A stretch of DNA of 64,000 nucleotides from Acidimicrobiia bacterium (GCA_038213435.1 JBBQTI010000010.1:3930-67929); one strand, 5' to 3'; positions 44,795 to 54,063 are shown, numbered from the stretch's first letter. A program made the numbers and translations. Notes: a model not told the origin generated them from the letters alone.

Positions 44795-44899
44795 GCGGGG
44801 CAGTATCCGCTCCGGCTCGTCGCACCGCAACCCGGCGCCGAGCCGTCCGCGCACCGCCTTTGTCCGGTTCGCGGGCGGGTCGTAACATGACACGGCAAC

Positions 44900-46062
44900 A
44901 TGGCGAAATCCCTGTACGAGCGCCGTCCGGTTGCCGATCCGGCCCAGTTGGGTCTCGACCCCGCGGCTCTCGATGCACTGTTCGCGCGCGTGCAGCAGGA
45001 CGTCGACGCGGGACGACTGCCTTCGTGTCAACTCGCGCTGGCGCGCGACGGGAACGTCGGAGTCTGGCGCGTGTTCGGTGACGCGCCGGCGGAGTCGCGC
45101 TACGTGATCTTCTCGGCGACGAAGGCCGTCGTCGCGGGAGCGGCGTGGATCCTGATCGGCGAAGGGTTGCTCGACGTCACGCGTCCGGTCGCGGCGCTCA
45201 TCCCAGAGTTCGCGCCGAACGACAAGGCGGCGATCACCGTCGAGCAGGTGATGCTCCACACGTCGGGCTTTCCCCGCGCACCGTTCGGGCCGCTCGACTG
45301 GGACGATCGCGAGCGACGGTTGGCGCGCTTTTCGAGCTGGCGATGCAACTGGGAGCCGGGCTCGCGCTACGAGTACCACCCGACGTCGGCGCACTGGGTG
45401 CTCGCGGAGATCATCGAGCGTTGCACGGGCTGCGACTTCCGCGCCTTCATCAGGGAGCGGATCCTCGAACCACTCGGGCTTGTCGGACTGCAGATCGGTG
45501 TCCGGTCGCGCAGCAGGCGGACATCAACGATCTCGTCCGAACGGGCGAGCCGGCGACACCCGACGAGCTGGAGGCGGCAATCGGTGTTCGTTCACTTCCT
45601 TTGACCGAGGTGACGCCCGAGACGCTGATGTCGTTCAATCAGGCCGAAGTGCGCGCCGTCGGAGTGCCCGGCGGTGGCGGCGTGTCCACCGCGGCCGATC
45701 TCGCGCTCTACTACCAGGCGCTCCTCGACGATCCGGTTGGGATCTGGAAGCCGGAGGTGCTGGCCGACGCGACGTCGAACGTGCGGAATCATCTGCCCGA
45801 CTACTTGGGGACGCCCGCGAACCGCTCGCTCGGTCTCGTCGTCGCCGGTGACGACGGCCGCGCGGCCGCGCGGGGCATGGGCCACACGGTGTCGGCGCGC
45901 GCGTTCGGCCACAACGGAGCCGGCGGGCAGATCGCCTGGGCCGATCCTGCGACCGGCCTCTCGTTCTGTTACCTCACGAACGGCCTCGACCAGCATCAGC
46001 TCCGCGAGTGGCGACGCACGACCGGCATCGCGAGCCGCGCCGCGAACTGCGTCGTCGAGTAG
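44900..46062 (+). pseudogene. serine hydrolase (beta-lactamase / class C-like family) with a 1-nt frameshift near 45498-45505
   Basis: Track ORF 44900.. carries SxxK ('FSATKAV') and reads normally to '...EPLGLVGLQIGV'. Track ORF 45145..46062 continues 'PVAQQADINDLVRTGEP...FGHNGAGGQIAWADP'. Confidence 0.75.
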
Positions 46063-46190
46063 GGCGCCCGGCTCTGGACGGTCGGCGTTCCCGGGTCGAT
46101 CCGCACCCGAAATCGCCGCTTCGAGCAGCCGCGATACCCGGCGCCGGCGCCGGCCATAGGATGTCGGAAGTTCTACTCCGGGGGGAACAC

Positions 46191-47072
46191 ATGAATTCTC
46201 GAGTCAGTGTCTCGAAGATCGCGGCCGCGGCGAGTCTGCTCGCGCTCGTGGTCGCCGGGTGTGGCAGCTCGAGCGGGAAGCCGTCGGCAAGCGCACCGCC
46301 GCCGACCAGCGCGACCTCCACTACGAGGGCGCCGACGCAGGCCGTCGTGTCGGAGAGCGCCGTGCGGGTGATCCCCGGTAGCGCCACCGGGAAGTCGCCG
46401 TGCGAGAAAGCATCTCCGGCGCCCGCTTCGCCGGGCCAGGTCGGCGCGGGTACGGGCGGCAGCGAAGGGGCCGGCGAGCACGGCGGCGAGCGGGGCAAGG
46501 TGGAACAAGTTCCATTGACGAAGTCGGAGCAGAGCGCGCTCGAAGCGCAGATGGCCGCGGCCAAGACGGTCGTCCGCGCATACCCCACGGTGAAAGACGC
46601 AGAGGCGGCCGGCTACTCGATGTCGACGCCGTACGTGCCGTGCATCGGCGCGCACTACACGAACATCTCCCTCGTCAGGCAGTTCGATCCCGCGCACCCC
46701 TCGGAGTTGTTGTACGAGGGTACGAAACCCGAATCGAAGATCCTCGGGCTGAGCTACCTCGTGTATCACACGCAAGGTGCGCCGCCCGGCTTCGCGGGCG
46801 CGAATGATCGCTGGCACCAGCACAACGCGAACGGCGGTTTGTGCCTCAAGGGCTCCGTAGTGGTCGGCGGCGAGAACTCGACGCGCGCGCAGTGTGCGGC
46901 GATGGGTGGTCGCAAGACGCTCCTCACCGACATCTGGATGGTTCACTCGTGGATCGTGCCGGGGGTCGCGTGCGATTGGGGCGTCTTCAGCGGCGAATGC
47001 CCCGAGCTGGGCGGCCGCCTGGGCGGCACCGCGACGGACGGGCCCTACCCCAGCGAGATCAAAGTCTCGTAG
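46191..47072 (+). CDS. lipoprotein, unknown function (His/Cys-rich C-terminal domain)
   Basis: ATG 46191, lipobox 'LVVAGC', and 'WHQHNANGGLC' and 'HSWIVPGVACDWG' are present. Confidence 0.6.
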   Translation: MNSRVSVSKIAAAASLLALVVAGCGSSSGKPSASAPPPTSATSTTRAPTQAVVSESAVRVIPGSATGKSPCEKASPAPASPGQVGAGTGGSEGAGEHGGERGKVEQVPLTKSEQSALEAQMAAAKTVVRAYPTVKDAEAAGYSMSTPYVPCIGAHYTNISLVRQFDPAHPSELLYEGTKPESKILGLSYLVYHTQGAPPGFAGANDRWHQHNANGGLCLKGSVVVGGENSTRAQCAAMGGRKTLLTDIWMVHSWIVPGVACDWGVFSGECPELGGRLGGTATDGPYPSEIKVS

Positions 47073-47084
47073 TCCTCACGTCCC

Positions 47085-47789
47085 TCAGCCGAGCGGCGAC
47101 CAGGCCGCGCTTCGGAGCAAACGACTCTCCCAGTCGTCGCGCACCTCGAGCGCGTCGTGCATCCACGTGCCCGGTCCCTTCACCTGGGCCGGGAGCTCTC
47201 GCGTGAAGAGGCCCGGGAGTCGCTCGGGGAAGTCGACGCGCTGCCACAGGATCACTTCACGCCGACGCGGCGCGCCGAGCGCGGCTTGGAACACCGCGAG
47301 CAACGTGAGCAGTGAGCGCTCGGAGCGCTGCTCGAGACTGGGCGCGTAGTGCGTGCGCGCCTTCTCGAGGTAGGTGTCGAGGTTCGCCTCGTAGGGCCAC
47401 GCGCTGTCCTCCATGTAGAGCGCAGGCTCGTGCTCGCGACCGTCGGTAGGCACCGTGGCGAGGTCGAGCGCGCGCATGGGCGACCAATCGACGGGAAGCA
47501 GCAGCTTGCCCTTCACTTCGCGCCGCATTCCGTCGACGTCGGCCGCCCAGCTGCGCAGGTCGCCGTCCTGAATGCGCCGGGCGAGACGCTCGTACGCGGC
47601 GCCGTCGGCCAGGGCGGTGATCGTGGTGTGCTGGTACGCGCGTCCCGTGCCGTGCGCGAGCTTCAGGTAGTAAACGAGCCGCGCGTCCCCGTCGTTCGCG
47701 AGGGCGTTCATCCAACCGGTGCGAAACGCGGCTTCGAACTCGTCCTCCTGACGCCCGGCAATCGTGTGGACCTCGTGCAACAGGAGCAT
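47085..47789 (-). CDS. conserved hypothetical protein (possibly NIPSNAP-like alpha+beta barrel repeats)
   Basis: 234 aa with good GC3. The family assignment is only a guess from sequence style. Confidence 0.5.
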   Translation of the reverse strand: MLLLHEVHTIAGRQEDEFEAAFRTGWMNALANDGDARLVYYLKLAHGTGRAYQHTTITALADGAAYERLARRIQDGDLRSWAADVDGMRREVKGKLLLPVDWSPMRALDLATVPTDGREHEPALYMEDSAWPYEANLDTYLEKARTHYAPSLEQRSERSLLTLLAVFQAALGAPRRREVILWQRVDFPERLPGLFTRELPAQVKGPGTWMHDALEVRDDWESRLLRSAAWSPLG

Positions 47790-47793
47790 CGGG

Positions 47794-48912
47794 TCAGCCT
47801 GCCATGCGCTCCAACAGGAAGTCGATCGCGCGGGTCAAGGTGGCGACGTCGTCGGGCTCGATCGCGGGGAAGAGCGCGATTCGCAGCTGGTTGCGGCCGA
47901 GCTTGCGATACGGCTCGACGTCGACGATGCCGTTCGCTCGCAGCGCGGCCGCCAGCGCGGCCGCGTCGACGCGCTCGTCGAAATCGATGGTCGCCGTGAC
48001 CGGGCTGCGGTGCGCGGTGTCCTTCACGAACGGCGCCGCGTACTTGTGGCCGTCGGCCCAGCCGTAGACGATCGCGGCCGAACGATCGCTGCGACCGGCC
48101 GCGAATTCGAGCCCGCCGTTCTCGAGCATCCATCGGAGTTGGTGGTCGAGGAAGAACAGGGTCGCGAGCGCGGGCGTGTTGTACGTCTGGTCGTGGCGCG
48201 AGTTCTCGACCGCGATCGACAGGTCGAGGGTCGCGGGCGTCCAGCGCGTTCGCGTGATCCGGTCGATGCGCTCGAGTGCTTCCGGGGCGCAGAGCGCGAG
48301 CCAGAGGCCGCCTTCGCTCGCGAAGCTCTTCTGCGGTGCGAAGTAGTAAACGTCGAACGCGCGAGGGTCGACGCGTATGCCGCCGGCGGCCGAGGTGCCA
48401 TCGACCACGACCAGCGCGTCGCCGCGCGGGCGGTGCACATCGACGATCACGCCGGTCGATGTCTCGTTGTGCGGATACGCGTACACGTCGCCGTCGACCG
48501 TGTCGGGTCGGATCGGCGTCTCGCCGGGCGCGGTTTCGCAGATCTGCGGATCGTCGAGATGGGGCGCGGCTCGGGCGACCTGCGCGAACTTCGACGAGAA
48601 CTCGCCGAGCACGAGGTGCGTGCTCCGCCGCTCAACGAGCCCGAACGACGCGGCGTCCCAGAACAGCGTCGAGCCTCCGACGCCGAGCAGCACTTCATAG
48701 TCGTCCGGGAGCGAGAACAGGTCGCGCAGACCGGTGCGTATCCCGGCGACGACCGCGCGCACACCATCGCGCCGGTGGCTCGTGCCGAGGTAGCCGTGCG
48801 CGACATGGGCGAGTGTCGCGACCGCCTCGTCGCGTACCTTCGACGGTCCCGATCCGAACCGTCCGTCGCTCGGCAGCAACGCGCGGGGAAGCCTCAGGTC
48901 GTCGGGTGTCAT
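47794..48912 (-). CDS. serC: phosphoserine aminotransferase (actinobacterial type)
   Basis: 'LPSDGRFGSGPSKVR', 'HNETSTGV' and 'FAPQKSFASEGGLW' are present. Confidence 0.85.
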   Translation of the reverse strand: MTPDDLRLPRALLPSDGRFGSGPSKVRDEAVATLAHVAHGYLGTSHRRDGVRAVVAGIRTGLRDLFSLPDDYEVLLGVGGSTLFWDAASFGLVERRSTHLVLGEFSSKFAQVARAAPHLDDPQICETAPGETPIRPDTVDGDVYAYPHNETSTGVIVDVHRPRGDALVVVDGTSAAGGIRVDPRAFDVYYFAPQKSFASEGGLWLALCAPEALERIDRITRTRWTPATLDLSIAVENSRHDQTYNTPALATLFFLDHQLRWMLENGGLEFAAGRSDRSAAIVYGWADGHKYAAPFVKDTAHRSPVTATIDFDERVDAAALAAALRANGIVDVEPYRKLGRNQLRIALFPAIEPDDVATLTRAIDFLLERMAG

Positions 48913-48927
48913 GCCGCAACTCTATGG

Positions 48928-50337
48928 TCAGGCGAGCGCGAGGACCTCGTCGAATCCGGTTCGCAGACTGCCGAGCAGCATCTCGTGATCGGGTACCGCG
49001 GCGGTGTCGATCACGATGCCGATGCAACACGTGTCGCAGTGCGAGATCAGTGCGACGTTGAACGCCGCGCCCGCCGGCGGCGCGAATGCGTACAGCCGCT
49101 CGACGCGGGCGCCGGCGACGTATACCGGCACGGGCGCGCCGGGGATGTTGGACGTCACGAAGTCGCAGCACTTGAGCATGCCCCCGAACAACGCGGTCGT
49201 CGTCGCGGTCGGCAGCCGGTTGAGGACCCCGGCCATCGTGCTGGTCATCTGGAGCGCGGGTTCGGCCCTCCAACCGCGGATGAGCGTGCGTAGCGCGGCG
49301 ATGCGCTCACGGGGATCCTCGATCGACGTCGGTACCGGGAAACGGGCCGGCGCGAAGCGGTTCCCGCCCGCGTCGTCGTCGCTCTGGCGCAGGTTGATCG
49401 GCAACGTCATTCGTAATTCGACGGGCGCGGCGCCATGCCGTTCGTGGTAGCGCCGGACGCCGCCGACCACCGCCGCGACGAAGACGTCGTTGAGGCTGCC
49501 GTCGCTCGCCTTCGCGACGCGGCGCATCTCGTCGAGCGACACGTCGAACGCCTCGAGTCGGCGCGCGAGCCCGCGCCGGAGCATGATCGGCGACATCGGG
49601 CCCGACGCGGGCGCGAGGGCGCGCGCGACCGAGCGGGTGGTTCGCAGGGCGTCACCCGCCGAGCCCAACGGGTGACGAATGGCTCGCCCGGTCGCGTGCG
49701 CCACACCGACCGGTGCCCGCCGTGCGATTCCGAGCGCGCGCCGTCGATTGTGTGCCAGCGAGTGGCGGAGCATGTCGAGCATCCGCGCCTCCTCGGGCGC
49801 GAGTGCCGCGGGTACGCGGTCATCCGAGGGTTCGGCGGCGTCGGGAACGAGGTCGACGAAGTGGGTGAGCAACTCCATGCCACCCACGCCGTCGGTGACC
49901 GCGTGGTGCACCTTCATCGCGAACGCGGCGCGCTCGCCGTCGGGACCGTCGAGCCCTTCGAAGAGGGTGAATTCCCAGAGCGGCCGGGCTCGGTCGAAGC
50001 TCGTCGTCGCGATCGGCTGCAACGCGTCGAGCAACGCGCGCATGGTTCCCGGCCGGGCCAGTCGGACGCGTCTGAGGTGGAAATCGAGGTCGAACGTCGG
50101 TTCCGCGGTCCAGCGCGGTGGCGCGATCCGAAACGGCGGCGACACGACCCGCTGGCGCAGTCTTGGAATGAAGCAAGTCGTGCGGTCGATCCGTCGTCGC
50201 AGCCGCTCCCAATCCGGGACCGAGTCGAAGAGCGCGACCGCGAGGATCGTCGAGCGCAGGACGGGATCCTTCTCGATGTTCCACATGAGCGCGTCCTCGT
50301 CGCTCATGTGATGCGCGAATCGCGCCGCTTGCGCCAT
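48928..50337 (-). CDS. wax ester synthase / diacylglycerol acyltransferase (WS/DGAT)
   Basis: The 'HHAVTDGVG' (HHxxxDG) active site is present. The length and pattern are typical. The start is ATG 50337. Confidence 0.8.
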   Translation of the reverse strand: MAQAARFAHHMSDEDALMWNIEKDPVLRSTILAVALFDSVPDWERLRRRIDRTTCFIPRLRQRVVSPPFRIAPPRWTAEPTFDLDFHLRRVRLARPGTMRALLDALQPIATTSFDRARPLWEFTLFEGLDGPDGERAAFAMKVHHAVTDGVGGMELLTHFVDLVPDAAEPSDDRVPAALAPEEARMLDMLRHSLAHNRRRALGIARRAPVGVAHATGRAIRHPLGSAGDALRTTRSVARALAPASGPMSPIMLRRGLARRLEAFDVSLDEMRRVAKASDGSLNDVFVAAVVGGVRRYHERHGAAPVELRMTLPINLRQSDDDAGGNRFAPARFPVPTSIEDPRERIAALRTLIRGWRAEPALQMTSTMAGVLNRLPTATTTALFGGMLKCCDFVTSNIPGAPVPVYVAGARVERLYAFAPPAGAAFNVALISHCDTCCIGIVIDTAAVPDHEMLLGSLRTGFDEVLALA

Positions 50338-50574
50338 TGGCTGTCCCCCCAGGCGTACGTCGAGTGTCGCGACGGTACCTCCGGAACGGTCCGCTGTCCC
50401 GTGTGCCACTACCCCCGTGTGACGGATCGGGTCGAGATGTCGAACACGACCGTCACGTCGACGCTCAGCTCTTGCGACTCCGGCGAGATCGGCACCGAGG
50501 CGGATTGCCGCGCCCGGTCGAAAGCGCGTCCGACGCCGCGAGGCGCCCCGGCGGTTCCCGTTAGGGTCCGGTAC

Positions 50575-51459
50575 GTGCGTAGCCGGTTCGTGATCGCCAA
50601 CGGCGTCCGCCTCTTCTGCCTCGAGGCGGGCCCCGCCGGCGCGCCCGTCGTCCTGCTGTTGCACGGCTTCCCCGAGCTCGCGTACTCGTGGCGGCACCAG
50701 GTCGCGGCGCTGGGCGAGGCCGGGTTTCACGTGGTCGCACCCGACCTGCCGGGCTACGGGCGCAGCGACAAGCCGAACGTCACGTACGACTGCGAGTGGA
50801 TCAACGCGTGTCTCGTCGGCGTCCTCGACGCGTTGGGCTGCGAACGCGCGGTCGTCGCGGGACACGACTGGGGCGGGATCCTCGTCTGGATCATGGCCCG
50901 GCAATACCCCGACCGGCTCGCCGGCGTCATCGGTGTGAACACGCCCGATCTTCCGCGCCCCCCGATGCCGCCGGTGCAGTTGCTCCGTCAGATCTTCGTC
51001 GACACCCCCATCTACATCATCCAGTTCCAGGAGCGCGGGGTCGCGGAATGGATGCTCGGCTCATGGGGGCGCGGCGTCGACGACTTCGTCGAGATGATCT
51101 TCGGCGCGACGACGCAAGTTGCCGACGCCTTCCCGCCCGCGGTGCTCGACGTGTACAAGGACGCGTTCCGCCCGGTCGGTGCACTCACACCGCCGATCGA
51201 GTACTACCGGAACCTGGACCGCAACTGGGAGCTCACGGCGGAGATCGCGGATCGTACGATCGACGTGCCCTGCCTGATGATCTCCGCCGCGGACGATCCC
51301 GTGCTCACACCCGCCATGACGGCCGGCATGGAGGAGCGAGCTCCCGATCTCGAACGGGTCGTCATCGAGCGTTGTGGTCACTGGACCCAACAGGAGCGAC
51401 CGCGCGAGACGTCGCAGGCGATGCTCGCATACCTCCGCCGCCTCCCACCCTGGCACTGA
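50575..51459 (+). CDS. alpha/beta hydrolase (epoxide hydrolase-like)
   Basis: 'LLLHGFPELAYSWRHQ', the nucleophile elbow 'GHDWGG' and 'CGHWTQQE' are present. The start is GTG 50575; an upstream ATG is possible. Confidence 0.8.
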   Translation: MRSRFVIANGVRLFCLEAGPAGAPVVLLLHGFPELAYSWRHQVAALGEAGFHVVAPDLPGYGRSDKPNVTYDCEWINACLVGVLDALGCERAVVAGHDWGGILVWIMARQYPDRLAGVIGVNTPDLPRPPMPPVQLLRQIFVDTPIYIIQFQERGVAEWMLGSWGRGVDDFVEMIFGATTQVADAFPPAVLDVYKDAFRPVGALTPPIEYYRNLDRNWELTAEIADRTIDVPCLMISAADDPVLTPAMTAGMEERAPDLERVVIERCGHWTQQERPRETSQAMLAYLRRLPPWH

Positions 51460-51528
51460 CGGCCCCGACCGGAATTCCACCCAACAGTTGGCAAGAATTG
51501 TGACGGCGTGGCGTCGAAGCCGGTCGGG

Positions 51529-52017
51529 CTAGTCGTCTTCCGACTTGCGCTCGACGTCGGTTGCCCAGAGCTCGAACTCGCCGTTGCGGTAGACGAGCGC
51601 GGCCGGCCGGCCCGTGAGCGGCGGCCGCAGATCGCCGCGGCTGCGGTCGACCCGCACCGAGATGGACCTTCGTCCCGAAGCGGTGAGCATGGTGACGCGA
51701 TCGGAGCCGCCCCACTTGAACGCGGACGCGGGCATGGCGAGCGCCTGATACTGCGAGAACCGCTGTTGCTTGCCGGCCCTCCGGCGCAGCGACTCCTCGA
51801 CCCGGTCGGAGATCGGGCGTACCAGCGACTCCGGCAGCTTGGCCCGCTCCGCCTCTGCCTTCACGATCTCGCGCAACGCCGTTCCCTCGAACACATTGCG
51901 TTGCAGCGCGGCCGCGCGGGCCGCGTTGCTCGTGCGGTTGACCCGCTCCAGGGTGGCGACCAGCAACTTGTGCTGGTCGGCGTCGGGGAGCAGCTCTACT
52001 TCGTCGATCGTCACCAT
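51529..52017 (-). mobile_element. N-terminal fragment (~160 aa) of an IS200/IS605-family TnpB-like protein; RuvC and Zn-finger part missing
   Basis: 'VELLPDADQHKLLVATLERVNRTSN...LPESLVRPISDRVEESLRR...RVTMLTASGRRSISV...GRPAALVYRNGEFELWATDV' follows the pattern of one TnpB N-terminal class. The ORF stops 70 nt before the next gene. Confidence 0.5.
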
Positions 52018-52057
52018 GACGCGGAGCATGGTACCGACGCGGAGAGCCAAGCTTTCT

Positions 52058-52074
52058 CGGATAGCTAGTATCCG
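52058..52074. promoter_or_regulatory. inverted repeat CGGATA-N5-TATCCG, candidate Rrf2 operator
   Basis: It lies 5 nt upstream of the Rrf2 ATG, in the 61-nt divergent gap. Confidence 0.35.
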
Positions 52075-52078
52075 TGTT

Positions 52079-52567
52079 ATGCGAATGTCGGACGGGGTCG
52101 AGTGGGGCGTGCACGTGTGCGTTCTGCTGGCGACGCTGCCCGACGACGCCGCGCTGGCGGCGGCGAAGCTCGCCGACTATCACGGTGTGCCCGCCGCGTA
52201 TCTGGCCAAGCACCTGCAGGCCCTCGCCGGAGCCGGCGTGCTCCGAACCGTCAAGGGCGCGCGGGGCGGCTATCGGTTGGCGCGATCGCCCGCCGAGATC
52301 ACCGTGCTCGAGGTAGTCGAAGCGATCGATGGGAACGAATCGGCGTTCCGGTGCAGCGAGATCCGCCGCCGCGGTCCAGTGGCGATGCCGGCACGCGAGT
52401 ACACGAAGCCGTGCGGTATCCACCGCGCGTTCACGAGGGCCGACGAGGTCTGGCGCGCGGAGCTCGCCAAGACCACCGTTGCCGATCTCCTCATCGGGCT
52501 GTTAAACGACGTGCCGCGGACCGCGCTGGAAAAGGGTGCCCGCTGGCTCCAGGAGAGTGCGCGCTGA
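52079..52567 (+). CDS. Rrf2 family transcriptional regulator
   Basis: 'AAKLADYHGVPAAYLAKHLQALAGAGVLRTVKGARGGYRLAR' is an Rrf2 wHTH. Confidence 0.8.
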   Translation: MRMSDGVEWGVHVCVLLATLPDDAALAAAKLADYHGVPAAYLAKHLQALAGAGVLRTVKGARGGYRLARSPAEITVLEVVEAIDGNESAFRCSEIRRRGPVAMPAREYTKPCGIHRAFTRADEVWRAELAKTTVADLLIGLLNDVPRTALEKGARWLQESAR

Positions 52568-52576
52568 GCAGGCGCG

Positions 52577-52660
52577 CTACCGGCCCGCACGCGGGCGCTT
52601 GCCGTGGTTCGCCTTGTTTCGACGGGCCTTGAGCCGGCGCTTCTTCGTCTTCTTGCTCAT
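52577..52660 (-). CDS. ribosomal protein bL37 (27 aa: MSKKTKKRRLKARRNKANHGKRPRAGR)
   Basis: It is below the track cutoff. The 'ANHGKRP' core and overall composition match the actinobacterial bL37 mini-protein. Confidence 0.55.
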   Translation of the reverse strand: MSKKTKKRRLKARRNKANHGKRPRAGR

Positions 52661-52677
52661 AGGAGGTCGGAGGCTAC

Positions 52678-53724
52678 TTGATCGGTAGCCTGCGCTCGAT
52701 GGAGAACCTGGGCCTCGTGGGTTTTACTGGCGCGGGCGCGAACCGTCTATTCAGCGCCCTCACCGGTCTGCCGGTGCCCAGCGAATACGAGGCCGCGGTC
52801 GGCGTGGCGAGCCTCCCCGACGAGCGCCTCCGCCGGCTGACCGAGATGTCCCGGTCGAAGAAGACGGTCGCGGCGGGCTTCGAGCTGGTGAATCTCGCGC
52901 TGCCGCCGGGGTCGAAGCCGGGCGAGGGACTGGGCGCGAAGTTCCTCGGCACCTTGCGCAACTGCGACGCAATCCTGATCGTGCTGCGCGCGTTCGCCGA
53001 GGGCGGAGTCGTGCCCGATCCGGAAGGTGACCTCGACGCGCTCGAGCTCGAGCTCGTGCTCGCCGACATCGCGAGCGTCGAGCAGCGACTCACGCGCCAG
53101 CGCCGGGCCGCGAAGAGCGGCGACAAGGAGATCCTCGCCGAGGTCGATGTGCTCGAGAAGGCACACGCGCTGCTCTCCGACGGAACACCGATCAGGCGGA
53201 GCGCCTTGACGACCGACGAGATCGCGCGCCTCGCTCCCGTTTTCCTGCTGACGACCAAGCCGTTGCTGATCGTCGCCAACACCGGCGAGGAGCAGACGAC
53301 CGCCGTACCACTGCCGGCGGGCGACGAGGTGCTCCAGGTACCGAGCGACATCGAAGCCGAGATCGCCGCCTGCGCACCCGACGACCGCCCCGAGATGCGC
53401 GAGTCGTACGGTCTGGGGGAGTCGGCGCTCGACGCGGTCGCGCAGGCGGCGTACCACCTCCTCGGCCGGCTGACGTTCTTCACCACCGGAGAGGACGAGT
53501 CGCGCGCCTGGACCGTTCGCGCGGGTGCGAAGGCGCCCGAGTGTGCGGGCGTCATCCACAGCGACCTCCAGCGAGGATTCATCCGTGCCGAGGTGATCGA
53601 CTGGCTCGAGCTGCTCGAGATCGGTTCGTGGGCGAAGGCGCGCGAGCTGAAGAAGCTGCGGATCGAGGGCAAGGATTACGAAGTACGAGACGGCGACGTC
53701 CTCGAGATCCGCTTCAACGTGTAG
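52678..53724 (+). CDS. YchF/OLA1-family protein with degenerate nucleotide-binding motifs
   Basis: The C-terminal TGS/DUF933 part is conserved ('LTFFTTGEDESRAWTVRAGAKAPECAGVIHSDLQRGFIRAEV'). The G1 motif reads 'GFTGAGAN' instead of GxxxxGKS. The start is TTG 52678 after AGGAGG; an alternative ATG lies at 52699. Confidence 0.8.
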   Translation: MIGSLRSMENLGLVGFTGAGANRLFSALTGLPVPSEYEAAVGVASLPDERLRRLTEMSRSKKTVAAGFELVNLALPPGSKPGEGLGAKFLGTLRNCDAILIVLRAFAEGGVVPDPEGDLDALELELVLADIASVEQRLTRQRRAAKSGDKEILAEVDVLEKAHALLSDGTPIRRSALTTDEIARLAPVFLLTTKPLLIVANTGEEQTTAVPLPAGDEVLQVPSDIEAEIAACAPDDRPEMRESYGLGESALDAVAQAAYHLLGRLTFFTTGEDESRAWTVRAGAKAPECAGVIHSDLQRGFIRAEVIDWLELLEIGSWAKARELKKLRIEGKDYEVRDGDVLEIRFNV

Positions 53725-53733
53725 GGAACGGGC

Positions 53734-54063
53734 ATGACCTGGCTGGTTCGCGGTGAAGACGTGCTGGCGGTGGCCGAGGTGGCCGCGTCTCCGCGTCGAC
53801 GCGCGCGCGGTCTCATGGGTCGCGGAGATGTCGAAGGGGTACTCGTGCTTCGACCGTGCCGCCAGGTGCACACGTTCGGGATGCGGTTCCCGATCGACGT
53901 CGCGTTCTGCGATGGCTCCGGAATCGTTCTGCATCTGAGCACGCTGGCCCCCCGACGCGTGTCCCGTCCGGTCTGGCACTCCTCCTTCGTGATCGAGGCG
54001 CGCGCCGGGAGCTTCGAACGCTGGAAACTGCAAGCCGGCGACGTAGTCGAGATCAAAGGCTGA
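53734..54063 (+). CDS. DUF192 domain protein
   Basis: 'RARGLMGR...VHTFGMRFPIDVAFCD' is present. Confidence 0.7.
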   Translation: MTWLVRGEDVLAVAEVAASPRRRARGLMGRGDVEGVLVLRPCRQVHTFGMRFPIDVAFCDGSGIVLHLSTLAPRRVSRPVWHSSFVIEARAGSFERWKLQAGDVVEIKG

